From: an uncultured Acidobacteriaceae bacterium
GTDB taxonomy: Bacteria > Acidobacteriota > Terriglobia > Terriglobales > Acidobacteriaceae
Reading direction: 5' to 3'
Assembly (NCBI GenBank): GCA_964521445.1
Contig: CAZFRV010000174.1
Coordinates: 1-44,122 of the forward strand
Length of the DNA stretch: 44,122 nt
Part shown: piece after piece, positions 36,052 through 44,122 of the stretch
Numbering within the stretch: position 1 is the stretch's first letter
How the letters are laid out: the number at the start of each line of letters is the position of its first letter
Program-made: the position numbers and the translations under genes
Notes under the pieces: generated by a model
The model's input: only the letters and a program-made list of their open reading frames with translations
Told to the model about the DNA's origin: nothing
The model's database searches: none

Positions 36052-37135
36052 TACCGTCGGCGGCGTTTGGACATACGTGCGGGAACTGGTGACGGGAATG
36101 GTCGGTCGCGGCGTGCGAGTAACGTTAGTGAGCTTTGGAGGCGCTCCCTCCCCGGGCCAGACGCGATGGATGGAGCAGCTCTCCCGTCTGGACTATCGCC
36201 CCACCACTTTCAAGCTGGAGTGGATGCAGGACTCCGCGGCCGACATGGAGGCCTCGTCGGAATTCCTGTGCGAGATCATTCGCGAAACCAAGCCCGACCT
36301 GATTCACTCCAACCAGTTCTATTACGGCGCCCTTGATTGCGACGTGCCCCGCGTGGTCGTGGCGCATAGTGATGTGGTGAGCTGGTGGGTTGCCGTTCAT
36401 GGCGAAGAGCCGCCGCAAAGTTCATGGATGAGCTGGTACCGTGCCGCAGTTGTGCGCGGGCTGGCTGCGGCGACCGCGGTGATTGCCCCTTCGCGATGGA
36501 TGCTCGACCAGGTGCAGCGCTATTACGTAAAGCCGAATCGGCGTGCCGTGATTTACAACGGACGCACACCCGCCTTGTTCAATCCTGGCATGAGCAAGGA
36601 CGAGACCATCTTGACCGCGGGTCGGTTGTGGGACCAGGGTAAGAACACCAGGCTGCTGCTCGCAGCCGAAATGCCGGGGCAGGTTCAAATCGTGGGCGCT
36701 TGTCAGCAGCCGCGATCGGCGGGCAAGGGACCTGTTTCTGGGGAAGCCGCAACCAATGTTCACTTTTTCCCGCAGCAGGATGAGCAGCAGATAGCCGGCT
36801 TTCTTGCCCGTGCGGCGATTTACGCGGTTCCTTCACGTTATGAGCCTTTCGGGCTGGCTCCGCTGGAGGCGGCGCTCTCCGGCTGCGCGCTCGTTGCCAG
36901 CGATATACCGTCCTTACGCGAATTGTGGCAGGGCGCAGCGGTCTTCTTTCCCAGTAACGATGCCGCCGAACTGCGCCAGGCGCTCAAACTTCTGATAAAC
37001 GGTCCATGCCTCCGCCGGCGATATGCCGGCCTGGCATACGACCACGCCGTCCGCAAGTTCAACGCTGCGCGGATGAGCGACGATTACATGGAGCTCTACC
37101 GGGCCTTGGCTCCGGCCGCAGTGGCCGCTGCATGA
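36029..37135 (+). CDS. Glycosyltransferase family 4 (GT-B, Glycos_transf_1)
   Basis: ATG 36029 (MHILVTADTVGGVWTYVREL) overlaps the rSAM gene by 23 nt. The C-terminal half has SRYEPFGLAPLEAALSGCALVASD, an E-x7-E type region. Confidence 0.8.
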   Translation: MHILVTADTVGGVWTYVRELVTGMVGRGVRVTLVSFGGAPSPGQTRWMEQLSRLDYRPTTFKLEWMQDSAADMEASSEFLCEIIRETKPDLIHSNQFYYGALDCDVPRVVVAHSDVVSWWVAVHGEEPPQSSWMSWYRAAVVRGLAAATAVIAPSRWMLDQVQRYYVKPNRRAVIYNGRTPALFNPGMSKDETILTAGRLWDQGKNTRLLLAAEMPGQVQIVGACQQPRSAGKGPVSGEAATNVHFFPQQDEQQIAGFLARAAIYAVPSRYEPFGLAPLEAALSGCALVASDIPSLRELWQGAAVFFPSNDAAELRQALKLLINGPCLRRRYAGLAYDHAVRKFNAARMSDDYMELYRALAPAAVAAA

Positions 37136-38253
37136 AGCGAACACTCAACATCGCGCTCTTCTCGCACTCCCTGGTCTCAGACTGGAACCATGGCAATGCG
37201 CACTTCCTGCGCGGTCTGGCCCGTGAACTGGGACGCATGGGTCATCGAGTGCGGTGTTACGAGGAGTTGGGCTGCTGGTCGCTGACCAATTTGATGAAGC
37301 ATGAGGGCCCAGTCGCCATTCAGACCATCGATCGTTTTCGGGCTGCCTATCCTGAACTGGACGTTCGCTTTTACCAGTCGTCGCACGCAGAGTTCCAGCA
37401 TTTCCTACGGCAAGAGCTGCGAGAAACCCACATTGTGATTTTGCACGAATGGAATGATCCCAAGCTGGTCAACAGCGTGCTGGCGCTCAAACAGAAGCAC
37501 GGTTTCATCGTGCTGCTCCATGACAGCCATCACCGAGCCTACACATGTGCGCACGAGATTCTGCGTTTCCACCTGCACCTGCTGGATGGCGTGCTGGCGT
37601 TTGGAGAGGCGATTCGCCGCATCTATTCCGATGGCTTCGGCCTGGCTCGCACATGGACCTTCCACGAGGCCGCGGACGTAAGCCAGTTTGGGCCTTTGAA
37701 CCGCGCCAAGGAGATCGACCTGGTGTGGATCGGCAATTGGGGCGACGGCGAGCGCACCCGCGAACTGGAGGAGTTCCTGGTGATGCCTGCGGCCGCGCTG
37801 CCGAAACGGCGCGTGGTGGCGCACGGCGTCCGCTATCCCGAGCCCGGGCTCGAAAAGCTTCGCCAGGCTGGGATCGAATACCGCGGATATCTGCCCAACC
37901 TGGCATCCGCGGAAGTTTATTCCGCGAGCGCCGTCGCTCTGCACGTCCCCAGGCAGCAGTATGCCAACGGATTAAGCGGCATCCCTACCATCCGCGTGTT
38001 TGAGGCGCTGGCCTGCGGCGTCCCGCTGCTGTGCTCCCCCTGGAACGACGATGAAGGGTTGTTCCATCCGGGACTGGATTACCTGCTGGTGCGCGACGGA
38101 AGACAGATGAAAGCGGAATGGGAGAATTTGTTGCGCGATCCCGCAGCGCGTCAGCAGATCGCCGGGCACGGCATGAAGACGATTCGCGAGCGCCACACCT
38201 GCGCGCATCGCGCCCGGCAACTCACCACAATTTGCGAGGAGCTTGGCGCATGA
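37132..38253 (+). CDS. CgeB-family (DUF3880 / Glyco_trans_1_2-type) glycosyltransferase-like protein, paralog 1
   Basis: ATGA overlap. LNIALFSHSLVSDWNHGNAHFLRGLARELGRMGHRV and RVFEALACGVPLLCSPW. Confidence 0.75.
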   Translation: MKRTLNIALFSHSLVSDWNHGNAHFLRGLARELGRMGHRVRCYEELGCWSLTNLMKHEGPVAIQTIDRFRAAYPELDVRFYQSSHAEFQHFLRQELRETHIVILHEWNDPKLVNSVLALKQKHGFIVLLHDSHHRAYTCAHEILRFHLHLLDGVLAFGEAIRRIYSDGFGLARTWTFHEAADVSQFGPLNRAKEIDLVWIGNWGDGERTRELEEFLVMPAAALPKRRVVAHGVRYPEPGLEKLRQAGIEYRGYLPNLASAEVYSASAVALHVPRQQYANGLSGIPTIRVFEALACGVPLLCSPWNDDEGLFHPGLDYLLVRDGRQMKAEWENLLRDPAARQQIAGHGMKTIRERHTCAHRARQLTTICEELGA

Positions 38254-39353
38254 AGATCTTTGTCTTCGGCTCGAGCATTACTTCTTCCTACTGGAACGGA
38301 GCGGCGACCTACTACCGCGGCATCTACAAGCAGCTTCACGCTCGGGGCCACCAGGTCACATTTGCTGAACCCGAAGCCTACGGCCGACAGCAAAAACGAG
38401 ATGCGGAAGATTTCTCGTACGTGAGTTCCATCGTGTACCGAAGCGCCGGCGACATTCCTTCGTTGCTCAAGCAGGCCGGTGAGTGTGACTTGGTTGTCAA
38501 GCACAGCGGCGTCGGAGTCTTTGACGCGCTGCTGGAGAGCGGCGTCTTGAAGACTCGATCGCGGGACGCGAAGGTCGCCTTTTGGGATGTAGATGCTCCC
38601 GCCACTCTGGCGCGACTTGACCAAAACCCGGCCGACCCGTTCCGCAGCCTGATCCCGGAGTACGACTTCATCTTTACTTACGGAGGCGGGCAGCCGGTGG
38701 TGGATCGCTATCTTCGCCTGGGAGCCGCTAATTGCCATCCTATTTACAACGCGCTCGATTCAGAGACGCACTACGCCGTTTCTCCCGACCCGGCCTGGCA
38801 ATGTGACCTGGCCTTTATGGGGCATCGCCTGCCCGATCGCGAACGGCGCGTGGAAGAATTCTTCCTGCGTGCCGCCGAGCTGGCTCCGGAACAGAAGTTC
38901 CTGCTGGGCGGCGAAGGATGGGCCGGCAAACCTTTGCCCGCGAATGTTCTCTGGATCGGACACATCGCCAGTCACGAGCACAACCGAGTGAACTGTTCGG
39001 CGCGCTTGGTGCTGAATATCAACCGCGAGTCCATGGCGGATGCGGGCTTCTCTCCGCCGACGCGCATCTTTGAAGCGGCCGGGGCCGGCGCATGCGTGGT
39101 TACCGATTCGTGGGCCGGGATCGAAAGCTTCTTTACGCCGGGGCGCGAAATCCTGCTGGCCGCCAGCGCGGAGGAGGTTGTGCAACATCTAAGAAAGTGC
39201 TCCCAGCCGGAAGCTGTTGCGATCGGCGAAAACATGCGGCAAAGGGCGTTGCGGGAACATACGTACCAACTTCGCGGGCAAGCGTTCGAGTCGATTGTGA
39301 AGAAAGCCCGGGCCTGGGCAGGTAGAAACCAGCAGCTGGTACCTAGTGGCTGA
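38250..39353 (+). CDS. CgeB-family glycosyltransferase-like protein, paralog 2
   Basis: ATGA overlap. MKIFVFGSSITSSYWNGAATYYRGIYKQLHARGHQV and RIFEAAGAGACVVTDSWAGIESFFTPGREILLA. Confidence 0.75.
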   Translation: MKIFVFGSSITSSYWNGAATYYRGIYKQLHARGHQVTFAEPEAYGRQQKRDAEDFSYVSSIVYRSAGDIPSLLKQAGECDLVVKHSGVGVFDALLESGVLKTRSRDAKVAFWDVDAPATLARLDQNPADPFRSLIPEYDFIFTYGGGQPVVDRYLRLGAANCHPIYNALDSETHYAVSPDPAWQCDLAFMGHRLPDRERRVEEFFLRAAELAPEQKFLLGGEGWAGKPLPANVLWIGHIASHEHNRVNCSARLVLNINRESMADAGFSPPTRIFEAAGAGACVVTDSWAGIESFFTPGREILLAASAEEVVQHLRKCSQPEAVAIGENMRQRALREHTYQLRGQAFESIVKKARAWAGRNQQLVPSG

Positions 39354-39357
39354 CTTT

Positions 39358-40464
39358 ATGAAAATCACCATCTTCGGGCTGTCTATCACATCTTCCTGGG
39401 GTAACGGACACGCCACTACGTTCCGCGCGCTTTGCCAGGCGCTCCAGCGACGCGGCCATCGCATTGTTTTTTTCGAACACGACCAGGAATGGTATGCGGG
39501 CAACCGCGATCTTCCAGGACCGCCCTATTGTGAAGTCCGGATTTTTGAGAGCTGGAAAGAAATTCGTTCGACAGTGCGTTCGGAGTTGCGCGCCTCCGAC
39601 GTGGCCGTGGTCGGTTCCTATGTTCCGGACGGGATCGCCGCGCTGGACGAGGTCTTGGATTCGAATGTGCGGGTCAAGGCCTTCTATGACATCGATACCC
39701 CTATCACCGTAGGACAACTGCGACGATGCGGTGCAACCGGGTACTTGCTGCCACGGCATCTGGCCGGTCTGGACGTCTATTTCAGCTTCACCGGCGGTCC
39801 TTTGTTGCAAGAGCTGGAGTCGAAATACGGCGTGCGGTTTGCTGTCCCCTTGTACTGTTCCGTGGATCCGGACCGCCACCGCGCACTGCCGGTGAATCCC
39901 GACTATGCCTGCGATCTTAGCTACATGGGGACCTACGCGGCGGATCGACAGCCCAAGCTCGAAGAGTTGTTGTGTCGTCCCGCAGGCCGTCTCCCGCGAA
40001 AGAGATTCATCATCGCGGGCCCGCAGTACCCGCCTTCCATTGCTTGGCCTGGCAACGTGAAACGGGTCTTACATCTCAGTCCGCGCCATCATGCCGCGCT
40101 TTATTGTTCGTCGCGGCTGACGCTGAACGTTACCCGCCGTGACATGGTCATGGCGGGTTACTCGCCTTCGGTCCGGCTGTTTGAAGCAGCAGCGTGCGGC
40201 GCGACTATCGTGTCGGACAACTGGCCCGGCCTGGAGACTTTCTTTGCTCCCGGAAGGGAAGTCTTGCTCGCCGCTGGCAGCGATGACGTGGTGCGTTACA
40301 TCTCGGAGTATGAGGCCGGCGAATTGCGCGGGATCGGCGGCGCCGCGCGGGAGCGCGTGCTCGCGGATCACACCAATGATATTCGCGCCGGTGAATTTGA
40401 ACGGGCAGTGGAAATCGCCGGACGCCAAAGAAAGGAGGCTAAGGTCCTGGCGGCGGAGACGTAG
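39358..40464 (+). CDS. CgeB-family glycosyltransferase-like protein, paralog 3
   Basis: MKITIFGLSITSSWGNGHATTFRALCQALQRRGHRI and RLFEAAACGATIVSDNWPGLETFFAPGREVLLA. An alternative GTG start is at 39346. Confidence 0.75.
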   Translation: MKITIFGLSITSSWGNGHATTFRALCQALQRRGHRIVFFEHDQEWYAGNRDLPGPPYCEVRIFESWKEIRSTVRSELRASDVAVVGSYVPDGIAALDEVLDSNVRVKAFYDIDTPITVGQLRRCGATGYLLPRHLAGLDVYFSFTGGPLLQELESKYGVRFAVPLYCSVDPDRHRALPVNPDYACDLSYMGTYAADRQPKLEELLCRPAGRLPRKRFIIAGPQYPPSIAWPGNVKRVLHLSPRHHAALYCSSRLTLNVTRRDMVMAGYSPSVRLFEAAACGATIVSDNWPGLETFFAPGREVLLAAGSDDVVRYISEYEAGELRGIGGAARERVLADHTNDIRAGEFERAVEIAGRQRKEAKVLAAET

Positions 40465-40588
40465 TTCTTGCTCCACGCCGAGAGAAACCGAGCTGCGCTG
40501 AGTAGCTTGTGCCGGTGAATCGAGCCATCGGAAGAAACACCGGCGCGCTGGCATGCATCTATCGAGATAGTAATCCTTTTTTGCGCCA

Positions 40589-41638
40589 ATGAGAGTAGCT
40601 TTAGTCGCCCCTCCGTTTATTACTGTCCCTCCGCAGAGGTATGGCGGTACAGAGTTGTTCGTTGCGGAACTAGCTTTAGGTCTGCAGCAAGAGGGAATTG
40701 ATGTTACGGTGTACACCAACGGTGAGTCTGTCATCGACTGTCCCATCCGATGGCTCTATGAAAAGGGAGAATGGCCGCTCAGCGGGGAAGTCGAGGCGGC
40801 GTTGGAGGGCCTGAATCACGCAGCCTGGGCCATTAAGGAAGCCGCGGCTGAATCCGACGTTATCCATCTGAACAACGCACCGGCATTGACAGCTTCCAGG
40901 TTTGTCGACGTCCCGCTGGTCTTTACCGTGCACCACGCCCATGATGCGCCGCTGGCCGAGTTCTACCGCCTGTTCCCTCGGGTTTCCTACGTGACCATCA
41001 GCCGCTTTCAGCAAAGCACTTTGCGGATGCCCTGCATGCGGGCCATTCATCACGGGATTGACGTTTCCCGATACCTGTTCCAGGAACGCAAACAGCCGTA
41101 TCTGAGTTTTCTGGGCCGAGTGGCGCCTTCCAAGGGCACGCACTTGGCGATAGAGATCGCCAAGAAGTCGGGGATCCCCCTGAAAATCGCCGGCGAAATC
41201 CAACCCTGCTATGAGGATTACTGGAAGAACGTAGTCAAGCCGCTGGTCGACGGCCGGTTCATTGAGTACGTGGGAGAAGTGGGCCTGGAAGAAAAAAATG
41301 AACTGCTGGGAAACTCTCTGGCCATGCTCTTTCCCATCCAGTGGGATGAACCGTTCGGATTGGTCATGATTGAAGCCATGGCCTGCGGCACTCCGGTGCT
41401 GGCCATACCCGGCGGGTCAGTGGAGGAGGTGGTTCGCGAAGGGATCAGCGGCCATGTTCGCGGTACCGCGGCGGAACTGGTTGCCTGTGCCCGCGACCTA
41501 AAGATTGACGCCAAGTCCGTCCGCAGATATGTGGAGAAGTACTTCTCCGCGGAGCGCATGGCGAGAGATTACATCCGCCTGTACAAAGAGCTGGCGCACG
41601 ACCAGACTGATTTCGAGGTGGAAGGCCTGGTGGCATGA
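40589..41638 (+). CDS. Glycosyltransferase family 4 (GT-B)
   Basis: MRVALVAPPFITVPPQRYGGTELFV, QWDEPFGLVMIEAMACGTPVLA. A 124-nt gap precedes it. Confidence 0.85.
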   Translation: MRVALVAPPFITVPPQRYGGTELFVAELALGLQQEGIDVTVYTNGESVIDCPIRWLYEKGEWPLSGEVEAALEGLNHAAWAIKEAAAESDVIHLNNAPALTASRFVDVPLVFTVHHAHDAPLAEFYRLFPRVSYVTISRFQQSTLRMPCMRAIHHGIDVSRYLFQERKQPYLSFLGRVAPSKGTHLAIEIAKKSGIPLKIAGEIQPCYEDYWKNVVKPLVDGRFIEYVGEVGLEEKNELLGNSLAMLFPIQWDEPFGLVMIEAMACGTPVLAIPGGSVEEVVREGISGHVRGTAAELVACARDLKIDAKSVRRYVEKYFSAERMARDYIRLYKELAHDQTDFEVEGLVA

Positions 41639-43851
41639 GCGCCAAGCTGATTGTCTCTCCCAGCGACCTGGTGGAAATCCCTTCGCCTTACCCCGAGCCG
41701 CGCATTGCCTTCCAGAACGCTGAGCCACGCAAGGCCCACAACCTCACTCTGATCGATGGGAAAACTTTTCTCTCCACCACGCTCTCGGGCGACATCATGC
41801 CTCCGGGAGCTCCCGATGCCGGCCTCTTCTATGATGACACGCGTTTCCTGAGCCGCCTGGAGCTGCGCGTGGGCGGATATCGCACGGTAGTCCTGTCGTC
41901 GAGCACGGAGCAGACTTTCGTTTCGCAGATCGAGCTGACCACCGGCCAGATCACGCTCCGCGAGACGTATGAGATCCCGGAGAACACGGTGCATATCCGG
42001 CGCGAGCAATTGCTGGCCTCCGATATCTTCTACGACCATCTCACTTTCGAGAATTTCAATTTCAATGACGTGAAGCTGGCTATCGAACTGGCTTTTGAGG
42101 CGGATTTTATGGACGTCTTCCAGGTGCGCGGCGTGGCCCGGCAGCGCCTGGGGCACTACTACAAGCCGATTGTGCACAGCGACTCCATCATTTTTCACTA
42201 TTGCGGCCTGGACGGCGTGACCCGCAACACCGCTGTCCGCTTCTCGCCCGAGCCGGAGCATGTAGATGGCACCACGGCGCGCTGGCAATTGCCGCTGGCT
42301 CCGTTCAAGCGCTTTCAATTGCAATGCACGGTTGTGCCCCAGGTAGCCGGGAAGCATTGCCGCGCCGGACGGCCGGATTTTCCCCAGCAGGTCCGCTCGC
42401 GTCGGGAAGCTTTTGCCGCCTGGGAAGAGCGCTCCACTCACTTCAATTCCAACAATCGTATCTTCGAGCAGATGCTGGGTACCTCCAAGGGCGACTTTCA
42501 TGCCCTGCAAATCCCCGAAGGCAAGGAGCATGTGATCGCCGCCGGCATTCCTTGGTTTGCCACCATGTTCGGACGGGATTCCATCCTTGCCGCTTACCAG
42601 TCCTTGCTGCTCAGCCCGCGACTGGCCAGCGAAACCTTGCGTGTCCTGGCGCGCTTCCAGGGCGACAAACACGACGACTGGCGTGACGAACAGCCCGGCA
42701 AGATCCTGCATGAGTTTCGTGAAGGCGAGATGACGCGTGCCAACGAGGTCCCGTTCAGCCCGTACTACGGGTCGGTGGACGCGACGCCGCTGTGGCTGAT
42801 CCTGCTGAGCGAGACCTACAACTGGAACGCCGATGAACAACTGGTCGCCGACATGCTGCCCCACGCCTATCGCGCGCTCGAATGGATCGAGCGTTATGGC
42901 GACCTGGATGGTGACGGCTTTGTCGAGTATCAGCGGCGTTCGCCGCGGGGCCTGGCCAACCAGGGTTGGAAGGATTCCTGGGATGCCATCATGCACCGCG
43001 ACGGCCAGATCGCCAAAGCTCCCATCGCGTTGTGCGAGGTGCAGGGTTACGTCTATGAAGCCAAATACCGTATGGCTTCGCTCTTGCGCGCCTTTGGCGA
43101 CTCGGCCACCGCCGATAAGCTCAAGAAAGAAGCCACGGAGATGGCCCGGCGCTTTGAGAAGGCTTACTGGATGCCGTCGCGCGGCTTCTACGCGCTGGCG
43201 CTCGACGGCGAAAAACGCCAGGCCCAGGTCGTCTCCTCCAATCCCGGGCATCTTTTGTTCACACGCATGTTGACGCAGGAGCGCGCGCGGACCATCACCA
43301 AGCGTTTTATGCGTCCGGACATGTTTTCCGGCTGGGGCTGGCGGACGATGTCACAGGAAGAGCGGGTCTTCAACCCGCTCAGCTATCATCGTGGCTCGGT
43401 ATGGCCGCATGACAACTCGATCGTCGCCCACGGCATGGCTCTCTATGAGTTCCGCGAGCCCGCGAACGAAATTTTCAACGCGCTGTTTCAGGCCGCGCTG
43501 AATTTTCGCGACTATCGCCTGCCCGAACTTTTCTGCGGCATCGAACGCCGCGAGTACGATGAGCCGGTGCAGTATCCCGTCTCTTGTTCCCCGCAGGCAT
43601 GGGCTTCGGGAGCGGTGTTTCTTTTCCTGACGTCGGTGTTGGGCATTCGTCCCAGCGCGCCTCGCAGGGAGTTGAACATCGTCAGCCCCACTCTGCCGCC
43701 CTTTCTGGATCAGTTGAACATCCGCAACATGCAGGTGGGAGGCAGTCGCGTGGACCTGGACTTTACACGCCGCGGAGATCGGACTTTCTGCAACTGCGTG
43801 GACATACACGGCGACAAGTTGCTGGTGAACGTGGTGTTCAAGAAAAAATAG
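41635..43851 (+). CDS. Amylo-alpha-1,6-glucosidase / glycogen-debranching-enzyme-like protein (GDE N-terminal domain plus (alpha/alpha)6 GDE_C domain)
   Basis: 738 aa with an ATGA overlap. GIPWFATMFGRDS, GKILHEFREGEM, YYGSVDATPLW, GWKDSWD, SYHRGSVWPHDN. Confidence 0.85.
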   Translation: MSAKLIVSPSDLVEIPSPYPEPRIAFQNAEPRKAHNLTLIDGKTFLSTTLSGDIMPPGAPDAGLFYDDTRFLSRLELRVGGYRTVVLSSSTEQTFVSQIELTTGQITLRETYEIPENTVHIRREQLLASDIFYDHLTFENFNFNDVKLAIELAFEADFMDVFQVRGVARQRLGHYYKPIVHSDSIIFHYCGLDGVTRNTAVRFSPEPEHVDGTTARWQLPLAPFKRFQLQCTVVPQVAGKHCRAGRPDFPQQVRSRREAFAAWEERSTHFNSNNRIFEQMLGTSKGDFHALQIPEGKEHVIAAGIPWFATMFGRDSILAAYQSLLLSPRLASETLRVLARFQGDKHDDWRDEQPGKILHEFREGEMTRANEVPFSPYYGSVDATPLWLILLSETYNWNADEQLVADMLPHAYRALEWIERYGDLDGDGFVEYQRRSPRGLANQGWKDSWDAIMHRDGQIAKAPIALCEVQGYVYEAKYRMASLLRAFGDSATADKLKKEATEMARRFEKAYWMPSRGFYALALDGEKRQAQVVSSNPGHLLFTRMLTQERARTITKRFMRPDMFSGWGWRTMSQEERVFNPLSYHRGSVWPHDNSIVAHGMALYEFREPANEIFNALFQAALNFRDYRLPELFCGIERREYDEPVQYPVSCSPQAWASGAVFLFLTSVLGIRPSAPRRELNIVSPTLPPFLDQLNIRNMQVGGSRVDLDFTRRGDRTFCNCVDIHGDKLLVNVVFKKK

Positions 43852-44028
43852 TCGAGAAGTTTAGCAATTGTATAATTTGGCAATTGAGTAATTGAAAAGC
43901 CAAGCATGCGGTTCTTCAATGACCCAATTACCAGATGACTCAATTACCCAATCCACATCGGCTCTTGCGCCGGCCCTCAGCAACCATTTAGATTGATGGG
44001 TTCCAACGACATCTTTTGAGGAGACCTC

Positions 44029-44122
44029 ATGGCCATCAATATCCTGGTCAAACCGAACGGTCCGTACGTCGTGAGCGGCGATTTGAGCCAGGTCGAGATC
44101 AAGGACATCAACGGCAACAAGT
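44029..44122 (+). CDS. CDGSH iron-sulfur domain protein-like, N-terminal fragment (runs off the window)
   Basis: GAGGAG RBS followed by the ATG. MAINILVKPNGPYVVSGDLSQVEIKDINGNK matches the (K/R)xNGPYxVxG...D..G opening of CDGSH-type proteins. Only 31 codons are visible. Confidence 0.45.
   Translation, partial: MAINILVKPNGPYVVSGDLSQVEIKDINGNK

Noticed and set aside
41569-43251. 560-aa minus-strand ORF; similarly 34579..36045 (-), 30472..31542 (-) and 29299..30465 (-)
   Set aside because: They are antisense to the GDE-like, rSAM, methyltransferase and regulator genes, which carry unambiguous family motifs. They are shadow ORFs.

Overview
This is a GC-rich bacterial chromosomal window. The protein content suggests Acidobacteriota, but that is my inference and I could not verify it here. 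I call 31 protein-coding genes. I found no rRNA, intact tRNA, CRISPR array, transposase or integrase.

Gene content from left to right:
- 1-10.0 kb: the 5' part of a pilB-like type IV pilus ATPase (minus strand, open at the window edge and absent from the ORF track). It is followed by housekeeping and accessory genes: an aldo/keto reductase, a Lys-rich histone-H1-like protein, a class V aminotransferase, an APC amino-acid permease, a BBE-type FAD oxidase, an orphan multi-TM PAS histidine kinase and a small secreted protein.
- 10.5-23.6 kb: a four-gene operon of secreted Ig-like (DUF11/TIGR01451, Cna-B/SdrD-B, Big_1, beta-helix) proteins of 158, 890, about 1823 and about 1404 aa.
- 23.9-25.8 kb: two secreted proteins of unknown function on the minus strand.
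- 25.8-26.6 kb: an 800-bp non-coding region with an orphan promoter and a phased palindrome array.
- 26.6-28.8 kb: a minus-strand operon of a SAM hydroxide adenosyltransferase-family gene, a small ORF and an aldo/keto reductase.
- 29.2-30.5 kb: a degenerate sigma54-activator-like regulator and an Lmo0937-type mini membrane protein.
- 30.8-43.9 kb: an 11-gene, translationally coupled glycan-type cluster. It encodes a methyltransferase, a GH-A-like protein, two SDR epimerases, a B12-binding radical SAM enzyme, two GT4 and three CgeB-like glycosyltransferases, and an amylo-alpha-1,6-glucosidase-type protein.
- The window ends with the start of a CDGSH-type gene.

The most interesting signal is in the 10.5-23.6 kb operon. 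Three of its proteins end in a DUF11 domain that lacks its closing beta-hairpin. Two of its proteins begin, right after the signal peptide, with exactly that orphan hairpin, and one of these carries a roughly 820-aa predicted outer-membrane barrel. This donor/acceptor arrangement points to a previously undescribed hairpin-complementation surface fibre with tip, polymer and anchor parts.

All calls come from reading motifs by eye. No HMM, BLAST or structure computation was possible.
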